A stretch of DNA of 61,740 nucleotides, filler included, from Nemertoderma westbladi (Eukaryota > Animalia > Xenacoelomorpha), in the NCBI GenBank assembly GCA_032718475.1. It is 3 parts of 3 records of this genome, joined end to end, with 100 filler letters (N's around TTAATTAATTAA, not from the genome) between each part and the next. Parts side by side here need not be neighbours in the genome. Positions count along the whole stretch, not along the records: positions 23,335 to 45,229 come from JAUCBJ010004775.1; 2 more parts are not named here. One strand, 5' to 3'. Every line of letters begins with the position of its first letter. Position 1 is the first letter of the stretch. Below, one piece after another: positions 32,673 through 45,329 of this stretch. Both the position numbers and the translations under genes were made by a program. A model generated the notes under the pieces. The model did not search any database. It was not told the origin of the DNA and worked only from the letters and a program-made list of their open reading frames with translations.

Positions 32673-34407
32673 CGGCCCTTAAATGCCAAAACCGTCTATC
32701 TCATTTTTACATAGTTTTGAGTAAAACGCAAAATACATTCCAGGCCTGTCTTTTGAATCCTGATTGGTGGAAATCCTGTGAAATGATGTCATTAGGTAAG
32801 TTATAGTCATAGAATTCTCTGACCAGCATATTTTTAACTGAAACTCCTATCTACATAGTGCAATGTGAGATAGAGCGTATTTGCTTTTATGTTTTCATAG
32901 ACATTTGTATGCCAAAACCGTCTATCCCATAGTTAGTCTGTTTTGGCATGTATAAATTTGTTGTTTAACCTGAAGTTCTAGGTATTCTTACATGCCAAAA
33001 CAGACTATCTCAGATATAAACCCTATCTGGCCCGGCTTTTTTAATACGTAATTGGTCAGAAAACAAAAATATGTTGTGTTTGGTTTGATAATTCCGAAGG
33101 TATATGGGTTTTCGAGGTCTCTGATCTGATCACGATGAAACTTGTTAATAATATTTCTCGTACGTCAAACGTCATTTTTGGGGCCATTCTGATACCCACC
33201 CCAGGATGAAAAGTAGAAGTAGCAAAAATTTCATACGGTTAAATTTTGCCTTTGTTTGGGTAATAATGGTTTTCAAGGTTGCATGAGCATGATCATGACA
33301 GCATGATACAACTACTCGTTAAAAATGTTTAGTGGTAATGGAACTTTCGTTTTTAGTGTTTCTCTGGGGGGATGAAAAATGCAACTGTAGCATAAAACTT
33401 ACAAATGCCAAAAATTGAATTTAGTTGGATAATATGATATTTTTGTGTCTCATATTCGTGATCAGCTTCTCAGAAAACCCCTAATGTCATGAAATAAGGT
33501 TGATTTAGTAATGATTTTTGGTTAACAAATTTGTTCTACATATATATTTTTCGTGACGCACATTGACACATTTATAAAAATTCCCTAATCAATAATGTAC
33601 GATATATTTCAGTGTCATATTCGTGATCAGCACTCCAAAAATAAATCAAAAATTTCAATAAAGGTCATAAAATTGTCTTCATTGCTTGTTTTTTCGGTTA
33701 TTCAAAATTACAAAAAAATTTCTCGAATGTTATATTTGAGTTCTATAATCGTCATCGACATCCAAAAAACGAGATATACCGCAAATAAATTTATTTTAGT
33801 TAGTCATAAAAACTTTTGAAAATTTTAGCACGAAAAATACTGGAGATGGGTGCCAGAAAGTTACCATGGCCCGAAAACTAGCAATACTAGCATACTGTAG
33901 CTACCGGTATATAAATGGCGTTTGCGATGTTGGATAGCTAATTAAATTTTAAGAAACAAGTAAAACTAGGTATTTGTAAAAGCATAATTGTAGGCTATAA
34001 GGCAAGTTTAGAGTCATTATTGTATTGTAGATCATAGAGATAAGAGATAGACTGTTTTAGCAACTACAAATTAATAATTATTAGATATTGAATCCAACGG
34101 AATACAAGTAGACAGAATACACAGATATAATATAATTCACAGATAGACGTTTTCGGCATAAAGGAAACCATAAATTCAAACTTAGTGTTTAATCCCAAAT
34201 CAATCTAAGTAAAGATAGATGATTTTGGGATTTACTATTATTGACAGATGTTGAGATAGACGGTTTTGGCAAAAATATAACTCCTTAGGACTTCATAATT
34301 ACGTCTTAAGACTTGGCTAGAAAGATGCGCCTCGTTTTTCCGATTCCAAATATATGCATTATGCATATGTAATTTTTCAAAAAAAAAAGCATGGCATGTA
34401 AGGGCCG
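32673..34407. mobile_element. Non-autonomous TIR element with 4-bp TSD (Sola-like by TSD length)
   Basis: TIR CGGCCCTTAAATGCCA / TGGCATGTAAGGGCCG. TSD TACT at 32669-32672 and 34408-34411. Subterminal GCCAAAACCGTCTATC repeats on the left are inverted on the right. The superfamily is inferred. Confidence 0.8.
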
Positions 34408-34606
34408 TACTGTTATATTACTGTTTTATTGCATTGTAAATTTTAAAAAATTTTAGATTAGGCCTACGCCTACCTGCCTACCCTTCAACCATCATTAACT
34501 AGCTGTCATGTCATTGCACTCCGGCCCCTTCCCAACCCGTCAGTCAGGATCAATACACATTGAATTGAAAGCAGTTTGAATTGAACTAATGAAATTCCGG
34601 TAGAAT

Positions 34607-37600
34607 ATGGATCGCCTATCTCGAATATTAGATAAACCTCCACAGAATCCGATTGCGAACCGGGGTGGTCGACTCGGAAACTCTCGATCCCGTTCCCGCG
34701 GACGGAACGTTCACGTCGAGATCAGTAGACTGGACACAGACCCCGGTGTGTTGCTAAGCAACTCCCGACGCTCCGCCAGTTTCGGCGACCTACCATGCAC
34801 CGCCCACCAACTGGACAATATCTCCAAAGAGGTAATCCTTTCCGAACGGAGTTATGTGGACGATTTAGCGGACATCATTAGGGGATATTACGGTCGGATG
34901 TGCGATATCAGTGAGATTATATTCCCGCAACACAGAGCCCAAGAAATATTCTTAAATATTACGGAAATATATAAGTTTAATATCAGATTATTAAGAGACA
35001 TGGAGTCAGGCGGTAAGACAATGGGTGACATAGCATCGTGTTTGTTGGATAATGAAGAAGGTTTCCAGGTTTACACTGAATATTGTACTAAATATAAGCG
35101 ATCTTCAGACACTCTGGCTTCTATTTCTCATAATGTTACTGTAAATGAATTCCTCAGACGCTGTCAAGCCGATCTCAAACATTCACTGCCTCTTAGCTCC
35201 TATTTACTTAAACCTGTTCAACGGATACTCAAGTACCATCTGTTTATGGAGGATGCGTTGAAACACTTGGAACCATCGAGTTCCTCTGAGTACTCGCTGA
35301 TTGAACGAGCGTTCCACGCGATGGAAGGCGTCGGAACGAGGATTAATGAGGAGAACCGAAAACGCGAGGGATTGACACAAATAGAGGAGTTTGAGAGTCT
35401 CCTAGTCGGCTGGCAGGGGGGTCCTCTCTGCGACTATGGGGAGCTGTTGCTAAGCAACGACTTCCGTGTCCATGGCACTACGCGATCAACCCGTTTCGCT
35501 TGTCTCTTCACATCGATGCTGCTGGTTACTAAGCGACGGGACGACGGTACCTTCTCCTATAAGTCGCACGTCGGCTGCGACAATCTCGTGGTTATTGAAA
35601 GTCTTCCGGACCGCGGGCCGCTATTCTTCTCTGTTCTCGCCTTCGATGTCCATCGAACCGTCGGTATCTTCCAGGCCAATTCCCTCGACGAGAAACAGCT
35701 GTGGGTTCGTCTACTGAAGGAACGGATGCTCGATTCCTATAACGGATCCATCCCGCAGACTGCATGGAATGCTATTCTCGAACCATCTGTCCACAAGCCC
35801 ATCTACTCAAGGTTGCACATGTCTAAACGACACTCCTCACCGCTCATTGGTTCGGTTTCTTTGACGACCAAAGACATTGCGATGGGGCCGACCCTATCGG
35901 AGACAATAGACTCGTCATCCCAGAGTACCTTGTCCCAGTGCAGCACCCCCAGCGGATCTCTCCGTAAACCGCTGACTAAACGCTCCTACTCCTTCTCGGA
36001 TGGGTCGGCTGGTCCCACCCGATCACTCAGGTTGGCCGCCATACAGCGGAGTTCCAGTCTGGATTCTTGGCGTCTGTTTCATCGACGGGGCAGCTATCCT
36101 CGGGTCCCTACCAATACCACCCGAGCATCTGTCCACGGCCCCCCACCCAGACCATCCTCCCCTAACCCCCCGAGCTGCTCCCCCTACTACCAGACTCTCC
36201 CAACTCCCTCCCCTAACCCCCCGAGCTGCTCCCCCCACTCCCAGACTCTCCCAACTCCGTACCCCGAATCCCACTCCCAGACTCTCCCCAGTAGGTCCCG
36301 CAACCTCAGCTGTAAGTCGACAACCCGCCGTTGTGTTTCCTTCTCCAACTCCATCCAATGTCGCAGCACCTCTCCTACTGATTACACTGATTATCCCGGG
36401 TTCCTTGGGACCGCTAGAAGCGACGATACAGAGAGTGGTCCCGGTGGTGTAGATGGTGGCATCACTATGGGTTCCATTGAGGTTGCCAAGGGCGATAGCC
36501 AATCAAACAACCCAGAATCGAAATCCCTCGAGTCAATTCCTCCTGATATTTTTCTACAAGATTTTGATTCCAAAACCAACATTAACCCACCAGAGGCACT
36601 AGACAGTGACCCAGACTCAATGGTCCTACATTCCCCTGTCCCTTATTGTTGGGAAACAGAGACTCAACCCATCCTGATAAACTCTCTAGAGATAGAAAAC
36701 GGGTCTATACCAGTGAGTTCCAAGGAGTATTCAGTTAGTTCTATAACAAACAACCCGTCAGTTACCCCAACTGGTATCTCTAGACTCAGTTTACCTCACC
36801 AGTCCCTCAAACCGACACCTAAACTCATACAAACAGATTGTTCGATCTCTTCACATTCCCCACACCGCCGCTCCACTGCTGGTGATGTTTCCCCTGGATT
36901 AGCAGGGCAGTTCTCCAGTTCGGGGTGGTCGGAACTCGGGGACTTTTCCACTTCTGGGGAACCGCATTCCAACGAGTTCCCAACACCAGTACAGCAGTAT
37001 AGGAGGTTCTCCCAGGGACACAAATACTCCCCGACTCCGATGAAACACTTCCACAGGAGTAAAGACTCCCCCATTAGGGGGGAGGTTCAGTTCCGTCCGA
37101 CGTGTCTCCACATAGCCGGCTCTACGCCACCCCACCACACCCCCAGTCCCGTACGCAGTGCGGACGAGCTGATGCGGCAGCCCAGACGTCGGAAGCCCGG
37201 CAGGTTCCGTCGTTCTGTTGGCTCCCCGCCGGACGCCCCCTACCGCCAGTCGCCGGATCCGGAACCCAGACAGTCCCGGTTCGACTTCCTCAAGTCCTGG
37301 CGGATTTCGCTCCGTAAACCCAAGTCCTCGTCTCAAGTTGCACTCCGTCGAAGGCGGAGTATATCGGCCGAGAATATTCTGACAATGTCGGAGAATTACA
37401 ACGTCCGCTGGGCCGCGGTAAAGCGTCCCGTATCCATGGTGATGGATGGAAACCAGGGAGTTCATAGCAGCGCTAACCAGTCGGGGTCTGATTGTCCCGA
37501 TTCCCCATGTAGCTGCACGTTGCTTAGCAATCCGACTCCCACCATTCCAGCTGCTACTGAAGAGGAACTCTCTCCATCGCAATTATGGCCGTCTATTATT

Positions 37601-38917
37601 TTACCGGCACAGCAACCCTCTAACCCAAACCCCATCCCACCGCCTCTCCGAGTTGTCCCTAAGAAGAGACCAAGCTTCGACAACTCTGAGTTTATCGTTG
37701 ATTTCGATAATCTTTCTCCGACTCTAGATGATCCCGTTGAGTCAATAAAAGTTAATGATGTTGATAAGTTGTGTGAGAATCATGAGTTCCATACGAAACA
37801 GCGGGATCCCCCCCATAACCTCCCAATGTTTCCGATAGTAGAGGAATCGATTACCTTCGACGTTGACAGACTTCCCAAACAGGAGGCCGTTGTTAACTCT
37901 GATCCTCATACTTCTGGTGCTAAATATAAATATAAAGTGTCACTTGGTGCTACAGATAATACAGCAACGCAACACACGCAACATGTCAATGTATCGAACG
38001 CAGACAGTAAAACTGGTGGCTCCGCTCTCGGGAGTAAAGCGATGAACTTCGTTCGGTCAGCCAGTGCGAGACTCTACCGTAGTCGGAGGCGTAAAGGGGG
38101 CGAGTCAAGGCGGGCAAATAGGGGGGAGGATGGGGTGGCTGGGTGCGCGGAGGGGAGTGGGACAGCAGACTGCACGGAGGGGAGCGGGGTCCATGGTACC
38201 CGCCACCCAGTGGACAGTGTTGGCAATGTATACGACAATGCTCGATACTCCACTCCACCATTACTCGTCCCGGAGGGAGTCCCCCCCGCGGTTGAGGGAT
38301 TGCACGAACTCCGCGCTATGATCCCGCGGCCCTCCCGCAGACAATCAACCGGTACCGCCAACATATCATTGGCATCGTGTGAATACCAACCGGAAGTGTT
38401 GAAGAGACAGTCGCTTTCTACTCAGGGCGATGGCAGTAATTCCTCGGCCTTGCTGCAAAGTTTGACAACGCTGGCTTCAACAGCCGCGGATCTCCCATCC
38501 GATGTCTGTTCCTTTTCGTCGGAGGCGCCTCCCCAATCTTCCATAGAGTTAGTGAATGCGTCCGTAGTCGGGTCTACGCATGGTAACGACTCCAGTACAG
38601 AATCTTTGTCATTGGATCGCGGTGCAGACATCGGCACTGCAAGCGATGCAGACCTACCCGATATCATACAATCCTCACCTTCCTACCCCATCCCTCCCCC
38701 ATCCCGTTGCAACGCGGCCCCGTCCCTTAGCGAATCAACCCCCCTCATCCAACCCGCCTCCAAACCCCAAGTGTGTCTCAATGAGAATCAATTGTTAAGG
38801 AAACACCATCTCGAGTTGGAATACGCGAAACTTCTTTCATCTGGAGCTCAAAAAGGTAGAAACAACTTGAAGTTGGAAACTTCTGCATTTTTGGACCCAG
38901 CCCTAGAAGAAACATGA
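34607..38917 (+). CDS. DH-PH RhoGEF of the PLEKHG1/2/3 family with a long Ser/Pro-rich tail, single ORF, 1436 aa
   Basis: DH domain: EVILSERSYVDDL, F.VYTEYC, HSLPLSSYLLKPVQRILKYHL. PH domain: YGELLL...F..MLLVTKRR...YKSH..C.NL...W. The paralog cannot be assigned. Confidence 0.9.
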   Translation: MDRLSRILDKPPQNPIANRGGRLGNSRSRSRGRNVHVEISRLDTDPGVLLSNSRRSASFGDLPCTAHQLDNISKEVILSERSYVDDLADIIRGYYGRMCDISEIIFPQHRAQEIFLNITEIYKFNIRLLRDMESGGKTMGDIASCLLDNEEGFQVYTEYCTKYKRSSDTLASISHNVTVNEFLRRCQADLKHSLPLSSYLLKPVQRILKYHLFMEDALKHLEPSSSSEYSLIERAFHAMEGVGTRINEENRKREGLTQIEEFESLLVGWQGGPLCDYGELLLSNDFRVHGTTRSTRFACLFTSMLLVTKRRDDGTFSYKSHVGCDNLVVIESLPDRGPLFFSVLAFDVHRTVGIFQANSLDEKQLWVRLLKERMLDSYNGSIPQTAWNAILEPSVHKPIYSRLHMSKRHSSPLIGSVSLTTKDIAMGPTLSETIDSSSQSTLSQCSTPSGSLRKPLTKRSYSFSDGSAGPTRSLRLAAIQRSSSLDSWRLFHRRGSYPRVPTNTTRASVHGPPPRPSSPNPPSCSPYYQTLPTPSPNPPSCSPHSQTLPTPYPESHSQTLPSRSRNLSCKSTTRRCVSFSNSIQCRSTSPTDYTDYPGFLGTARSDDTESGPGGVDGGITMGSIEVAKGDSQSNNPESKSLESIPPDIFLQDFDSKTNINPPEALDSDPDSMVLHSPVPYCWETETQPILINSLEIENGSIPVSSKEYSVSSITNNPSVTPTGISRLSLPHQSLKPTPKLIQTDCSISSHSPHRRSTAGDVSPGLAGQFSSSGWSELGDFSTSGEPHSNEFPTPVQQYRRFSQGHKYSPTPMKHFHRSKDSPIRGEVQFRPTCLHIAGSTPPHHTPSPVRSADELMRQPRRRKPGRFRRSVGSPPDAPYRQSPDPEPRQSRFDFLKSWRISLRKPKSSSQVALRRRRSISAENILTMSENYNVRWAAVKRPVSMVMDGNQGVHSSANQSGSDCPDSPCSCTLLSNPTPTIPAATEEELSPSQLWPSIILPAQQPSNPNPIPPPLRVVPKKRPSFDNSEFIVDFDNLSPTLDDPVESIKVNDVDKLCENHEFHTKQRDPPHNLPMFPIVEESITFDVDRLPKQEAVVNSDPHTSGAKYKYKVSLGATDNTATQHTQHVNVSNADSKTGGSALGSKAMNFVRSASARLYRSRRRKGGESRRANRGEDGVAGCAEGSGTADCTEGSGVHGTRHPVDSVGNVYDNARYSTPPLLVPEGVPPAVEGLHELRAMIPRPSRRQSTGTANISLASCEYQPEVLKRQSLSTQGDGSNSSALLQSLTTLASTAADLPSDVCSFSSEAPPQSSIELVNASVVGSTHGNDSSTESLSLDRGADIGTASDADLPDIIQSSPSYPIPPPSRCNAAPSLSESTPLIQPASKPQVCLNENQLLRKHHLELEYAKLLSSGAQKGRNNLKLETSAFLDPALEET
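36160..36290 (+). repeat. In-frame 51-bp coding tandem repeat (SPNPPSCSP..QTLPTP)
   Basis: CCCTAACCCCCCGAGCTGCTCCCC at 36160 and 36211, plus a third partial copy. Confidence 0.85.
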
Positions 38918-39184
38918 TCGGTATTTATGGTGCTGCTATAAACCGAATAATGTCCGCGGATTGGTCGTTAATGATAGATAGGCGAGTGTTTTAGCCATTG
39001 GAAGAGCGAGTTGTGTTTTATAATATTTATCTCGAAGTGCCACGGAGTCTTGTTTTATGACGAATTTAGCAATGTTGTTGTTTTTTCTATCACTTTCAGG
39101 ATGTAGGTATTTTTCATGACTTAAAAATCAATTTATTTCTTTTTTTGACAATAAGCTTAAGGTTGATTCTCCCAAAAAGTGCTT

Positions 39185-42100
39185 GCCACAGCCACGCCAC
39201 ACTGAAATGCGATGTGTTTACTGGGCCACAGCCACACTGAAATGCGATGTGTTTACTGGGCCACAGCCACACTGTAATACGATGTGTTAATTGGGCAACA
39301 GCCACACTGAAATGCGATGTGTTTACTGGGCCACAGCCACACTGTAATACGATGTGTTTACTGGGCCACAGCCACACTGTAATATGATGTGTTTATTGGG
39401 CCACAGCCACGCCGCACTGTAATACGATGTGTTTACTGGGCCACAGCCACACTGTAATACGATGTGTTTATTGGGCCACAGCCACGCCGCACTGTAATAC
39501 GATGTGTTTACTGGGCCACAGCCACACTGTAATACGATGTGTTTACTGGGCCACAGCCACACTGTAATACGATGTGTTTACTGGGCCACAGCCACGCCGC
39601 ACTGTAATACGATGTGTTTACTGGGCCACAGCCACACTGTAATACGATGTGTTTACTGGGCCACAGCCACACTGTAATACGATGTGTTTACTGGGCCACA
39701 GCCACGCCGCACTGTAATATGATGTGTTTACTGGGCCACAGCCACACTGTAATACGATGTGTTTACTGGGCCACAGCCACACTGTAATACGATGTGTTTA
39801 CTGGGCCACAGCCACACTGTAATACGAAGTGTTTACTGGGCCACAGCCACACTGTAATACGATGTGTTTACTGGGCCACAGCCACACTGTAATACGATGT
39901 GTTTACTGGGCCACAGCCACACTGAAATACGATGTGTTTACTGGGCCACAGCCACACTGTAATACGATGTGTTTACTGGGCCACAGCCACACTGTAATAC
40001 GATGTGTTTACTGGGCCACAGCCACACTGTAATACGATGTGTTTACTGGGCCACAGCCACACTGTAATACGATATGTTTATTGGGCCACAGCCACGCCGC
40101 ACTAATACGATGTGTTTACTGGGCCACAGCCACACTGTAATACGATGTGTTTATTGGGCCACAGCCACGCCGCACTGTAATACGATGTGTTTACTGGGCC
40201 ACAGCCACACTGAAATACGAACTGTAATACGATGTGTTTACTGGGCCACAGCCACACTGAAATACGATGTGTTTACTGGGCCACAGCCACACTGTAATAC
40301 GATGTGTTTACTGTGCCACAGCCACACTGTAATACGATGTGTTTACTGGGCCACAGCCACACTGTAATACGATGTGTTTACTGGGCCACAGCCGCACTGT
40401 AATACGATGTGTTTACTGGGCCACAGCCACACTGTAATACGATCTGTTTACTGTGCCACAGCCACACTGTAATACGATGTGTTTATTGGGCCACAGCCAC
40501 GCCGCACTGTAATACGATGTGTTTACTGGGCCACAGCCACACTGAAATACGATGTGTTTACTGGGCCATAGCCACACTGTAATACGATGTGTTTACTGGG
40601 CCACAGCCACACTGTAATACGATGTGTTTACTGTGCCACAGCCACACTGTAATACGATGTGTTTACTGGGCCACAGCCACACTGAAATACGATGTGTTTA
40701 CTGGGCCACAGCCACACTGTAATACGATGTGTTTACTGTGCCACAGCCACACTGTAATACGATGTGTTTACTGGGCCACAGCCACACTGTAATACGATGT
40801 GTTTACTGGGCCACAGCGGCACTGTAATACGATGTGTTTACTAGGCCACAGCCACACTGTAATACGATGTGTTTACTGGGCCACAGCCACGCCGCACTGT
40901 AATACGATCAGTTTACTGGGCCACAGCCACACTGTAATACGATGTGTTTACTGGGCCACAGCCACGCTGCACTGTAATACGATGTGTTTACTGGGCCACA
41001 GCCACACTGTAATACGATGTGTTTATTGGGCCACAGCCACACTGTAATATGATGTGTTTACTGGGCCACAGCCACAGCCACACTGTAATACGATGTGTTT
41101 ATTGGGCCACAGCCACACTGTAATATGATGTGTTTACTGGGCCACAGCCACACTGTAATACGATGTGTTTACTGGGCCACAGCCGCGCCGCACTGTAATA
41201 CGATGTGTTTACTGGGCCACAGCCACACTGTAATACGATGTGTTTACTGGGCCACAGCCACACTGTAATACGATGTGTTTACTGGGCCACAGCCACACTG
41301 AAATACGATGTGTTTACTGGGCCACAGCCACACTGTAATACGATGTGTTTACTGGGCCACAGCCACACTGAAATACGATGTGTTTACTGGGCCACAGCCA
41401 CGCCGCACTGTAATACGATGAGTTTACTGGGCCACAGCCGCACTGTAATACGATGTGTTTACTGGGCCACAGCCGCACTGTAATACGATGTGTTTACTGG
41501 GCCGCAGCCACACTGAAATACGATGTGTTTACTGGGCCACAGCCACACTGTAATACGATGTGTTTACTGGGCCACAGCCACACTGTAATACGATGTGTTT
41601 ACTGGGCCACAGCCACACTGTAATACGATGTCTTTACTAGGCCACAGCCACACTGTAATACGATGTGTTTACTGGGCCACAGCCGCACTGAAATACGATG
41701 TGTTTACTGGGCCACAGCCGCGCCGTACTGTAATACGATGTGTTTACTGGGCCACAGCCACACTGTAATACGATGTGTTTACTGGGCCACAGCCACACTG
41801 TAATACGATGTATTTACTGGGCCACAGCCACACTGTAATACGATGTGTTTACTGGGCCACAGCCACACTGTAATACGATGTGTTTACTGGGCCACAGCCA
41901 CACTGTAATACGATGTGTTTACTGGGCCACAGCCACACTGTAATACGATGTGTTTACTGGGCCACAGCCGCGCCGCACTGTAATACGATGTGTTTACTGG
42001 GCCACAGCCACACTGTAATACGATGTGTTTACTGGGCCACAGCCACACTGTAATACGATGTGTTTACTGGGCCACAGCCACACTGTAATACGATGTGTTT

Positions 42101-44172
42101 ACTGGCCCACAGCCACACTGTAATACGATGTGTTTATTGGGCCACAGCCGCACTGTAATACGATGTGTTTACTGGGCCACAGCCACACTGTAATACGATG
42201 TGTTTATTGGGCCACAGCCGCACTGTAATACGATGTGTTTACTGGCCCACAGCCACACTGTAATACGATGTGTTTACTGGGCCACAGCCACACTGTAATA
42301 CGATGTGTTTACTGGGCCACAGCCACACTGTAATACGATGTGTTTACTGGCCCACAGCCACACTGTAATACGATGTGTTTATTGGGCCACAGCCGCACTG
42401 TAATACGATGTGTTTACTGGGCCACAGCCACACTGTAATACGATGTGTTTATTGGGCCACAGCCGCACTGTAATACGATGTGTTTACTGGGCCACAGCCA
42501 CACTGTAATACGATGTGTTTACTGGGCCACAGCCACACTGTAATACGATGTGTTTACTGGCCCACAGCCACACTGTAATACGATGTGTTTATTGGGCCAC
42601 AGCCGCACTGTAATACGATGTGTTTACTGGGCCACAGCCACACTGTAATACGATGTGTTTATTGGGCCACAGCCGCACTGTAATACGATGTGTTTACTGG
42701 GCCACAGCCACACTGTAATACGATGTGTTTACTGGGCCACAGCCACACTGTAATACGATGTGTTTACTGGCCCACAGCCACACTGTAATACGATGTGTTT
42801 ATTGGGCCACAGCCGCACTGTAATACGATGTGTTTACTGGGCCACAGCCACACTGTAATGCGATGTGTTTACTGGGCCACAGCCACACTGTAATACGATG
42901 TGTTTACTGGCCCACAGCCACACTGTAATACGATGTGTTTACTGGGCCACAGCCACACTGTAATACGATGTGTTTACTGGGCCACAGCCGCACTGTAATA
43001 CGATGTGTTTACTGGGCCACAGCCACACTGTAATACGATGTGTTTACTGGGCCACAGCCACACTGTAATACGATGTGTTTACTGGCCCACAGCCACACTG
43101 TAATACGATGTGTTTATTGGGCCACAGCCGCACTGTAATATGATGTGTTTACTGGGCCACAGCCACACTGTAATACGATGTGTTTACTGGGCCACAGCCA
43201 CACTGTAATACGATGTGTTTACTGGCCCACAGCCACACTGTAATACGATGTGTTTACTGGGCCACAGCCACACTGTAATACGATGTGTTTACTGGGCCAC
43301 AGCCGCACTGTAATACGATGTGTTTACTGGGCCACAGCCACACTGTAATACGATGTGTTTACTGGGCCACAGCCGCACTGTAATACGATGTGTTTACTGG
43401 GCCACAGCCACACTGTAATACGATGTGTTTACTGGGCCACAGCCACACTGTAATACGATGTGTTTACTGGCCCACAGCCACACTGTAATACGATGTGTTT
43501 ATTGGGCCACAGCCGCACTGTAATATGATGTGTTTACTGGGCCACAGCCACACTGTAATACGATGTGTTTACTGGGCCACAGCCACACTGTAATACGATG
43601 TGTTTACTGGCCCACAGCCACACTGTAATACGATGTGTTTATTGGGCCACAGCCGCACTGTAATACGATGTGTTTACTGGGCCACAGCCACACTGTAATA
43701 CGATGTGTTTACTGGGCCACAGCCGCACTGTAATACGATGTGTTTACTGGGCCACAGCCACACTGTAATACGATGTGTTTACTGGCCCACAGCCACACTG
43801 TAATACGATGTGTTTACTGGGCCACAGCCACACTGTAATACGATGTGTTTACTGTGCCACAGCCACGCCGCACTAATACGATGTGTTTACTGGGCCACAG
43901 CCACACTGTAATACGATGTGTTTACTGGGCCACAGCCACACTGTAATACGATGTGTTTACTGGCCCACAGCCACACTGTAATACGATGTGTTTACTGGGC
44001 CACAGCCACACTGTAATACGATGTGTTTACTGGGCCACAGCCACACTGTAATACGATGTGTTTACTGGGCCACAGCCACACTGTAATACGATGTGTTTAC
44101 TGGGCCACAGCCGCACTGTAATACGATGTGTTTACTGGGCCACAGCCACACTGTAATACGATGTGTTTACTG
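39185..44172. repeat. 35-bp satellite array (~5 kb, ~140 units)
   Basis: Unit GATGTGTTTACTGGGCCACAGCCACACTGTAATAC, with occasional 40-bp variants (+GCCGC). Confidence 0.98.
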
Positions 44173-45229
44173 AGAGTTTACTGACTTAAATATAATTTTG
44201 AGTTAGAAACAATTATTTATTTGCCCAACTTGTAGTAACTTTTTTTTGTATTGAATCTTATAATCTCAACGTGGAGTAACAGTGAACTATTTTTACCCCA
44301 ACTTAATTGTCGTCCTTTGGTGAATCAACTCATCGGTAATATATTAGGTTATATAGTTTGAGTAGTGATTTATTACCAAAACATTTGTAAATGTCTTATA
44401 ACTCAATCTTGGCTGGCAGTGTGTATTTATTTATATTAATAAGTAAACTGATAACTTAAATGGTATTTATTATCTATATTGTGCAACATTTATTTATTTA
44501 TATATTACTAATATTATACTACAATATGTTTCTGTAACTAATTTCGATTTCATTGTTTTTATATATTCAACGGGTTATTTTTCAAAACATCCCGAAGGCT
44601 AAATTTCCAGAAATTGACTTTTCTAAATTGAATTCTACTGTAAACCCATTCTGGTGATTTACACTGGATCACATTATATTTACTAGAAGAGTGTGGGATG
44701 TGTTGCCTATAAAGGAATATTTTATAGAACCGCTATTTCTACTTTTTAAAAGGTGTAAAATACTACCGAAACGGGTAATTTATTTTAATTTATAAATATA
44801 TAAAAATATTCCCTGGGAATTATATATTTTGGCGTTTAGGATGTTATGAAAAAAAAACCCATCGAGAGGAAGTACTAACTATTTATTGGCGACCTTCTCA
44901 TTTTGTTACAAACTTGTTTGTCATCCTAGCAGACAGCGAAATTATATTTAAATAAATTTTCACCAGCTGCATCCATCGGGGTACATATTTGATGACCGTC
45001 GTACAGATAGAGTTTAGGACTGATGCTGTACTTTTAGGTTAACACATATTGGCTGTTATCCAATACAGATATGTAGTAGCGAGGAGTTAATTAGTATAAC
45101 TACCGCTAAAGCAGCTTGTAGAAAGCTGTATCTGATGGAGACAGGGGGGGGGGGGGGGGGGGGTACTGGACGCAAATCCCATCTTGGCGAATTAATCTCC
45201 CGCCTCGATGTTAAATTCTCAATTTAGGG

Positions 45230-45329
45230 NNNNNNNNNNNNNNNNNNNNNNNNNNNNNNNNNNNNNNNNNNNNTTAATTAATTAANNNNNNNNNNNNNNN
45301 NNNNNNNNNNNNNNNNNNNNNNNNNNNNN
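45230..45329. other. Assembly gap with artificial linker
   Basis: 44 N + TTAATTAATTAA + 44 N. Confidence 0.97.
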
